DNA of 64,000 nucleotides from Gammaproteobacteria bacterium RIFCSPHIGHO2_12_FULL_35_23 (GTDB lineage Bacteria; Pseudomonadota; Gammaproteobacteria; UBA12402): NCBI GenBank assembly GCA_001801465.1, contig MGXT01000017.1, positions 22,362 to 86,361 of the forward strand, read 5' to 3'. Shown piece by piece: positions 57,788 to 64,000 of this stretch (position 1 is its first letter; each line of letters starts with the position of its first letter). The notes under the pieces were generated by a model. It saw only the letters and a program-made list of their open reading frames with translations, ran no database searches and was not told where the DNA came from. The position numbers and the translations under genes were made by a program.

Positions 57788-60592
57788 ATGCAAATAAATG
57801 ACATGCTAAGTTATTGGAAAAGTTCATATTTGGAAGGAGATAATTTAACTTACATTGAGGAATTGTATGAAAAATATTTAAAAAATCCTGACTCAGTACC
57901 TTTGCAATGGCAAGCTTATTTTGATGAAATCAATGATCATAAATTTTCTAAAGATGTTTCTCTTAATGAAATTCGAGATTATTTTAAAAATTTAATTATC
58001 AAACCACAGTCTTTTGTTTCAACGCCTGGCCAAGAGGGCAAAGAAAGTAAGGTGGCGGAATTAATTAATGCTTATCGAGCTTATGGCCATCATCATGCTG
58101 ATTTAGATCCTTTGAAACTGGCCAATCGATTAGAAATGCCAACTTTAAGATTGGAGTATCACGGTTTAAGTGAGGCTGATTTAACAACGAAGTTTTATGC
58201 TGGCAATATGATTGGTTATCCAAATTCCACGTTGCAAGAAATATTAGAAATTCTTCAAAAGACTTATTGCGAAACTATCGCAGTAGAGTATATGCATATT
58301 ACCAGCGAAGAGGAGGTAACTTGGTTACAACAAAAAATGGAACCTGTTGCTAACCATCCCAATTATGAAAAAGAAGAAAAGATAATGTTGTTAGAGCAAT
58401 TAACGGCAGCTGAGGAATTAGAAAAATTTTTAGGGACCAAATACGTAGGACAAAAGCGCTTTTCTCTAGAAGGTGGAGAAGGCTTAATTTCTTTACTTGA
58501 AGTCATGATAAAGTACTCTGCTAAGCAAGAGTTAGTAGAAGAAATTGTTATTGGTATGGCTCACCGTGGCCGCTTAAACGTTTTGATCAATCTTATTGGT
58601 AAATCACCTTCACAATTATTTGCCGAATTTGAAGGCAAACTTATCGATGAACAACGGACCGGTGATGTAAAATATCACAAAGGGTTTTCAGCTGATGTAG
58701 TGATTAACGGCAAAACAGTCCATTTAGCTTTAGCATTTAACCCTTCTCATCTTGAAATTGTCTCTCCTGTAGTAGAAGGTTCGGTGCGAGCCAGGCAAAG
58801 ACGTCGGGGTGATGAAAGACGTGAGCAAGTGCTACCTATTTTGATTCATGGTGATGCTGCAGTAGCAGGTCAGGGGGTGGTAATGGAAACTCTTAACCTT
58901 TCCCAAGCTAGAGGATTTTATACCGGCGGTAGTATTCATATAGTTATTAATAATCAAGTGGGCTTTACTACCAGCAATCCCTTAGATGCCAGGTCTACTT
59001 TATATTGTACTGATGTAATAAAAATGGTGCAGGCACCTATATTTCATGTGAATGGTGATGATCCTGAGGCGCTTGCTTTTGTTGCGAAAATAGTTTCTCA
59101 ATATAGGGCTAAATTTCATAAAGATGTTGCCATAGATTTGGTTTGCTATCGACGACATGGTCATAATGAAGCGGATGATCCTTCCATTACCCAACCAGAA
59201 ATGTATACGACTATAAAGAGCTTACCCACTACTAAAGAACTTTATGCTGCCAAATTAATTAAAGAAGGGTTGATTACACAAGAGCAAGCTAATGAGATTG
59301 CTAATGAGTATAGAAAAAAACTTGAAGCAGGTGAGCCTATTGTTAAAATAGCTGGAACAGAATGTAATGGTGGACGTCATGCTCCAGATTGGTCCAAACA
59401 TATTGGCAAAGAGCTCAGTGAAGAAGTGGAAACCAAAGTTTCTGCTGAAAAACTAAAGGTATTAGCTGAAAAAATAGAAACAATTCCTAAAGAATTCACT
59501 GTACATCCTCAGGTAGAAAAATTATTAACTGAACGCAGAAAAATGACACAAGGTCAATTACCTATCAATTGGGGATATGCAGAGACCTTAGCCTATGCTT
59601 CATTACTAGAGGAAGGTTATCCAGTAAGACTTTGTGGTCAAGATAGCGGTCGAGGAACTTTTGCTCATCGTCATGTCGTTTTACATGATGCTAAAACTGA
59701 CGAAAATTATGTGCCGTTAGCGCATATTGATGCTAAACAAGCACCTTTTTTAGTTATTGATTCCATTTTATCAGAAGCTGCAGTGTTAGCTTTTGAGTAT
59801 GGCTATGCTTCAGCAGATCCAGAATCCTTAGTAATTTGGGAGGCTCAATTCGGAGATTTTGCTAATAATGCCCAGGTAGTTATTGACCAATTTATTAGTT
59901 CAGGTGAGCAAAAGTGGAATCGATTATGTGGATTAACTATGTTATTACCACATGGTTATGAAGGAATGGGGCCAGAGCATTCTTCTGCGCGTTTAGAAAG
60001 ATTTTTACAATTGTGTGCACAGCAAAACATGCAAGTTTGTGTTCCAACGACCCCAGCTCAAGTATTTCATATGTTGCGTAGACAAATGATACGGCCTGCA
60101 CGTAAACCATTAATTGTTATGTCGCCTAAAAGCCTATTAAGACACAAGTTAGCGACTTCTTCGCTAGAAGATTTAACACAAGGTAAGTTTTATTTAGTTA
60201 TTCCTGAAATTGATGATATTAAAGCAAGTGATACTAAACGAGTAGTCATTTGTAGCGGAAAAGTTTATTTTGACTTGTTACAAACTCGTCGTGACAAGCA
60301 GTTGACTGATATTGCTATTATTAGAATAGAACAGCAGTATCCATTTCCTAGAGAAGAATTAACAACATTATTAAATAAATATACTAAAGCACATGATATA
60401 ATATGGTGCCAAGAGGAACCCAAAAATCAAGGTGCGTGGTATCAGATTAATCATCATCTGCATGCTTGTTTAGCAAAACACCAGCACTTGAATTATGCGG
60501 GAAGAATGGCTTCTGCAGCGCCAGCTGTGGGCTATTCAACCAGGCATAATCTAGAACAAAAAGTTTTGATTGCAGAAGCATTAGGGTTATAG
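57788..60592 (+). CDS. sucA: 2-oxoglutarate dehydrogenase E1 component
   Basis: 934 aa. N-terminus MQINDMLSYWKSSYLEGDNLTYIEELYEKYL parallels E. coli SucA. ThDP-binding and transketolase-like domains. Confidence 0.95.
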   Translation: MQINDMLSYWKSSYLEGDNLTYIEELYEKYLKNPDSVPLQWQAYFDEINDHKFSKDVSLNEIRDYFKNLIIKPQSFVSTPGQEGKESKVAELINAYRAYGHHHADLDPLKLANRLEMPTLRLEYHGLSEADLTTKFYAGNMIGYPNSTLQEILEILQKTYCETIAVEYMHITSEEEVTWLQQKMEPVANHPNYEKEEKIMLLEQLTAAEELEKFLGTKYVGQKRFSLEGGEGLISLLEVMIKYSAKQELVEEIVIGMAHRGRLNVLINLIGKSPSQLFAEFEGKLIDEQRTGDVKYHKGFSADVVINGKTVHLALAFNPSHLEIVSPVVEGSVRARQRRRGDERREQVLPILIHGDAAVAGQGVVMETLNLSQARGFYTGGSIHIVINNQVGFTTSNPLDARSTLYCTDVIKMVQAPIFHVNGDDPEALAFVAKIVSQYRAKFHKDVAIDLVCYRRHGHNEADDPSITQPEMYTTIKSLPTTKELYAAKLIKEGLITQEQANEIANEYRKKLEAGEPIVKIAGTECNGGRHAPDWSKHIGKELSEEVETKVSAEKLKVLAEKIETIPKEFTVHPQVEKLLTERRKMTQGQLPINWGYAETLAYASLLEEGYPVRLCGQDSGRGTFAHRHVVLHDAKTDENYVPLAHIDAKQAPFLVIDSILSEAAVLAFEYGYASADPESLVIWEAQFGDFANNAQVVIDQFISSGEQKWNRLCGLTMLLPHGYEGMGPEHSSARLERFLQLCAQQNMQVCVPTTPAQVFHMLRRQMIRPARKPLIVMSPKSLLRHKLATSSLEDLTQGKFYLVIPEIDDIKASDTKRVVICSGKVYFDLLQTRRDKQLTDIAIIRIEQQYPFPREELTTLLNKYTKAHDIIWCQEEPKNQGAWYQINHHLHACLAKHQHLNYAGRMASAAPAVGYSTRHNLEQKVLIAEALGL

Positions 60593-60659
60593 ATCAAAGA
60601 TTGGGCAGCTAAATGCTTAAAGCTGCATAAATTAAATAAAGCAATGCTTGGAGAAAATT

Positions 60660-61841
60660 ATGACAATTGACATTAAAGTACCACAATTACCAGAATCTGT
60701 GATGGATGCGACAGTCGGTGAATGGCATAAAAAACCAGGAGACAAAGTAGCACGTGGCGAAAATGTAGTTGATTTAGAAACTGATAAAGTAGTATTAGAA
60801 GTTCCAGCACCACAGGATGGGATTTTAGAAGAAATTATACAGGCTCAAGGTGTTACGGTGGTAGCTGGTGCTGTTTTAGCAAAGATTAGCGCAGAGGCTA
60901 AAGAGTCAACTAAAAAAGCAGAGGTTGCAGCAAGTGCTAAAGCTCCTGCAAATACTGCTGTTAAGGAAGAGCTATCTCCTTCAGTAAGACGTATGGTTGC
61001 TGAACATGAAGTTGATATAAAGCAAGTTAAGGGCAGTGGTAAAGACGGCAGAATTACTAAACAGGATGTAGAAGAGGCTTTAAAGCACAAGCCTACTCCT
61101 AATGAAGCGAAATCATCAAGTACTTCAGGAGGAGGTGGCGCTCGAGAAGAAAAACGGGTTCCTATGAGTCGATTAAGAGCTCGTATTGCTGAGCGCTTAT
61201 TAGCTGCTAAAAATACCACTGCCATGTTAACGACTTTTAATGAAATAGATATGAAAGCAGTGATGGATTTACGAGCTGCTTATAAAGATATTTTTGAAAA
61301 GCAGTATAATGTTCGTTTAGGTTTTATGTCATTTTTTACTAAGGCAGTTGTAGAGGCTTTAAAACGATTTCCCGATGTCAATGCTTCCATTGATGGCAAT
61401 GATTTGGTTTATCACGGTTTTTTTGACATAGGGATGGCTGTTTCTACAGAACGTGGTTTAGTGGTACCTATTGTACGTGATGCCGATCAGTTGAGCATGG
61501 CTGAAATTGAAAAGCAAATAGCTAGTTATGCGAAGCGTGCCCGTGATGGGGAGTTAACTTTAGAAGAAATGACAGGTGGTACTTTTACCATTACCAATGG
61601 TGGAGTTTTTGGTTCTTTGCTTTCTACGCCTATTTTAAATCTACCCCAAAGTGCTATTTTGGGGTTGCATAAAATAGAAGATAGGGCAGTAGTAGTGAAT
61701 GGTGAAATTATTATTAGACCGATGATGTATGTAGCCATGTCCTATGACCACCGAATTATTGATGGTAGACAGTCAGTACAATTTTTAAAAACTGTTAAAG
61801 AACTAATTGAGGATCCAAGTCGTCTAATACTAGAAGTTTAA
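60660..61841 (+). CDS. sucB: dihydrolipoyllysine-residue succinyltransferase (E2 of 2-oxoglutarate dehydrogenase)
   Basis: Start at MTIDIKVPQLPESV. Lipoyl domain (LETDKVVLEVPA), Ala/Pro-rich linker, PSBD, catalytic domain with DHRIIDG. Confidence 0.95.
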   Translation: MTIDIKVPQLPESVMDATVGEWHKKPGDKVARGENVVDLETDKVVLEVPAPQDGILEEIIQAQGVTVVAGAVLAKISAEAKESTKKAEVAASAKAPANTAVKEELSPSVRRMVAEHEVDIKQVKGSGKDGRITKQDVEEALKHKPTPNEAKSSSTSGGGGAREEKRVPMSRLRARIAERLLAAKNTTAMLTTFNEIDMKAVMDLRAAYKDIFEKQYNVRLGFMSFFTKAVVEALKRFPDVNASIDGNDLVYHGFFDIGMAVSTERGLVVPIVRDADQLSMAEIEKQIASYAKRARDGELTLEEMTGGTFTITNGGVFGSLLSTPILNLPQSAILGLHKIEDRAVVVNGEIIIRPMMYVAMSYDHRIIDGRQSVQFLKTVKELIEDPSRLILEV

Positions 61842-61873
61842 TTTACATTTCATAAGAGGAGCAGTCAAAAAAA

Positions 61874-63043
61874 ATGAACCTACACGAATATCAAGCAAAA
61901 AAACTCTTGGCGGAATATGGATTGCCCGCCCCTCAAGGGCAAGTGGCCTGGAATGTCGAAGAAGTCGTAGCAGTTGCTAATCATCTCGGTGGTTCACAAT
62001 GGATTGTTAAAGCTCAGGTACATGCTGGTGGACGTGGGAAAGCTGGCGGCGTGAAATTTGTAAAAAATAAAGATGAGTTAATGGCCGTTGCTAAATCATT
62101 GCTAGGGATAAGGTTGGTGACTCATCAAACCGATGAGCGAGGCCAGCCTGTAAATCAAGTGTTTATTGCAGAACCCTGTGATATTGAACGTGAGCTTTAT
62201 TTAGGGGCAGTAGTTGATCGTAAAAGGCAGCGTATTGTTTTTATGGCTTCCACTGAAGGAGGTATTGAAATTGAGGAAGTCGCGGCTAAGACTCCTGAAA
62301 AGATTTTACAAGTGGAAGTTGATCCCTTATTAGGTGTAATGCCCTTTCAAGGCCGAGAATTGGCTTTTCAATTAGGCCTTAATGAAGAGCAAATTAAACA
62401 GTTTACTAAGATTTTAATAGGTTTGGGTAAAATGTTTAAAGAGCTAGATCTGTCGTTAATAGAAATTAATCCATTAGTTGTAGATAAACAAGGCCATCTA
62501 ACTTGTTTAGATGCAAAAATCGTAGTGGATGATAATGCTTTATATCGTCACCCTAAATTACGTGATATGCGCGATCCTCATCAAGAAGATGAAAGAGAAA
62601 ACCGTGCCCATGATTGGGAGTTAAATTATATTCGCTTAGAGGGGGATATTGGTTGTATGGTCAATGGCGCAGGACTTGCTATGGCTACCATGGACTTGAT
62701 TAAGTTGAATGGAGGTAGTCCTGCTAATTTCTTGGATGTGGGGGGAGGTGCTACGAAAGAGCGAGTAACAGAAGCTTTTAAAATTATTTTATCTGATGAA
62801 AGTGTAAAAGGCATTCTAGTTAATATTTTCGGTGGTATTGTTCGTTGCGACATGGTTGCTGAAGGGATTATTGGAGCTGTACAAGAAGCGGAAGTAAAAG
62901 TACCTGTGGTAGTACGTTTAGAAGGTAATAACGCAGAGCTTGGTGCTAAAAAACTGGCAGGCAGTGGATTAAATATTACGCCAGCTAATGGCTTGGCCGA
63001 TGCAGCACGTAAGATAGTAGAATTAACAGGTGGTAAACGATAA
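61874..63043 (+). CDS. sucC: succinyl-CoA ligase [ADP-forming] beta subunit
   Basis: 389 aa. [19 protein letters not shown]-terminus, ATP-grasp domain. Confidence 0.95.
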   Translation: MNLHEYQAKKLLAEYGLPAPQGQVAWNVEEVVAVANHLGGSQWIVKAQVHAGGRGKAGGVKFVKNKDELMAVAKSLLGIRLVTHQTDERGQPVNQVFIAEPCDIERELYLGAVVDRKRQRIVFMASTEGGIEIEEVAAKTPEKILQVEVDPLLGVMPFQGRELAFQLGLNEEQIKQFTKILIGLGKMFKELDLSLIEINPLVVDKQGHLTCLDAKIVVDDNALYRHPKLRDMRDPHQEDERENRAHDWELNYIRLEGDIGCMVNGAGLAMATMDLIKLNGGSPANFLDVGGGATKERVTEAFKIILSDESVKGILVNIFGGIVRCDMVAEGIIGAVQEAEVKVPVVVRLEGNNAELGAKKLAGSGLNITPANGLADAARKIVELTGGKR

Positions 63044-63918
63044 TGAGTATATTAATTAATAAAAATACCAAAGTGATTTGTCAGGGCTTTACTGGTAAAA
63101 ATGGCACTTTCCATTCAGAGCAAGCCATAGCCTATGGGACTAAAATGGTTGGTGGTGTAACACCCGGTAAAGGTGGACAAAAACACTTAGGCTTACCTGT
63201 TTTTGATACCGTTACAGAAGCAGTAAAAGAAACTGGTGCTACAGCCAGTGTTATTTATGTGCCAGCGCCATTTTGTAAAGATTCTATCATTGAAGCAGCA
63301 GATGCTGGTATAGCGCTGATAGTTTGTATAACTGAGGGCGTACCAACACTAGATATGTTAGACGTAAAGTATTACTTAGATAAAAATACCAAAGCAAGAA
63401 TGATTGGACCTAACTGTCCAGGCGTGATTACACCTGGTGAATGTAAAATTGGGATTATGCCTGGTAATATTCATTTGCCTGGTAAAGTAGGGATTGTCTC
63501 AAGGTCTGGCACACTAACTTATGAATCAGTTAAGCAAACTACAGATTTAGGATTTGGTCAAAGCACATGTGTAGGGATTGGTGGTGATCCGATACCGGGA
63601 ACTTCTTTCATTGATGTGCTAGCCATGTTTCAAAATGACCCACAAACTGAAGCTATTATCATGGTGGGTGAAATTGGTGGGAGTGCTGAAGAAGACGCAG
63701 CTGCTTTCATCAAGAAGTACGTCACTAAACCAGTTGTGGCTTATATAGCTGGTGTTACAGCGCCAGCTGGTAAACGTATGGGACATGCGGGTGCTATTAT
63801 CTCTGGTGGGAAAGGGACTGCTGCTGAAAAATTTGCAGCCTTAGAAGCCGCAGGTGTTCATACGGTTAAATCACCTGCAGAAATGGGCAATAAGCTTAAA
63901 GCGGTGACTGGTTGGTAA
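63043..63918 (+). CDS. sucD: succinyl-CoA ligase [ADP-forming] alpha subunit
   Basis: 291 aa. CoA-binding [19 protein letters not shown]. Phospho-His region ([15 protein letters not shown]). Confidence 0.95.
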   Translation: MSILINKNTKVICQGFTGKNGTFHSEQAIAYGTKMVGGVTPGKGGQKHLGLPVFDTVTEAVKETGATASVIYVPAPFCKDSIIEAADAGIALIVCITEGVPTLDMLDVKYYLDKNTKARMIGPNCPGVITPGECKIGIMPGNIHLPGKVGIVSRSGTLTYESVKQTTDLGFGQSTCVGIGGDPIPGTSFIDVLAMFQNDPQTEAIIMVGEIGGSAEEDAAAFIKKYVTKPVVAYIAGVTAPAGKRMGHAGAIISGGKGTAAEKFAALEAAGVHTVKSPAEMGNKLKAVTGW

Positions 63919-63934
63919 GCGAATGATTACAAAT

Positions 63935-63970
63935 TCCAGGTAGTAAACGCCTGGAGTATCTTTTATTTTT
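63935..63970 (+). terminator. probable rho-independent terminator after sucD
   Basis: TCCAGG-tagtaaacg-CCTGGA hairpin followed by TATCTTTTATTTTTG T-rich tract. Confidence 0.45.
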
Positions 63971-64000
63971 GCTAGATTAGTAATTTTTGGTAAAATTTTA

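Overview
The window is an AT-rich (roughly 38-40% GC by eye) gammaproteobacterial chromosome segment, and its content points to an intracellular Legionellales-type organism (Legionella, Coxiella, Rickettsiella or Aquicella-like). The lineage-level cues are a Legionella/Coxiella PmrA-type tandem box upstream of an ankyrin-repeat gene, a histone H1-like Lys/Ala-rich protein, a eukaryote-type BAAT/ACOT thioesterase, and a decayed IS5 element. I cannot name a species from the sequence alone. The backbone is well-conserved housekeeping: mltB, mfd, mpg, clpB, uspA, cbpA-cbpM, pssA, fadL, smc-zipA, ald, an M17 aminopeptidase, sdhE, lepA-lepB-rnc-era-recO, rlmD-relA, adk, an elaB/yqjD-yqjE-yqjK operon, glpK, and a complete gltA / sdhCDAB-sucABCD TCA-cycle cluster. 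Several accessory or unusual loci sit between these genes. (1) A three-gene minus-strand module at 48.7-52.6 kb: two paralogous small proteins (same MITPLS.IG N-terminus) flank an 819-aa protein with disordered Pro/Asp-rich N-terminus and a C-terminal 45-aa tandem repeat encoded by a near-perfect 46-bp DNA duplication. No recognisable family; candidate secreted effector module or novel system. (2) A 623-aa ankyrin-repeat protein preceded by a tandem cTTAATATT-N2-tTTAATATT motif, i.e. a putative Dot/Icm-type effector under PmrA control. (3) An rlmD-relA-mazG(single domain)-Hpt-DUF192 operon that places an orphan histidine-phosphotransfer protein in the stringent-response operon. (4) A 1.26-kb IS5-group element with intact 18-bp inverted repeats and a CTAA target duplication but a nonsense-disrupted transposase. 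(5) A BRO-N-like gene remnant in a 550-bp convergent gap. (6) A 16-bp perfect palindrome at the start of a small Cys-containing secreted protein gene. No rRNA, tRNA or CRISPR array was recognised.
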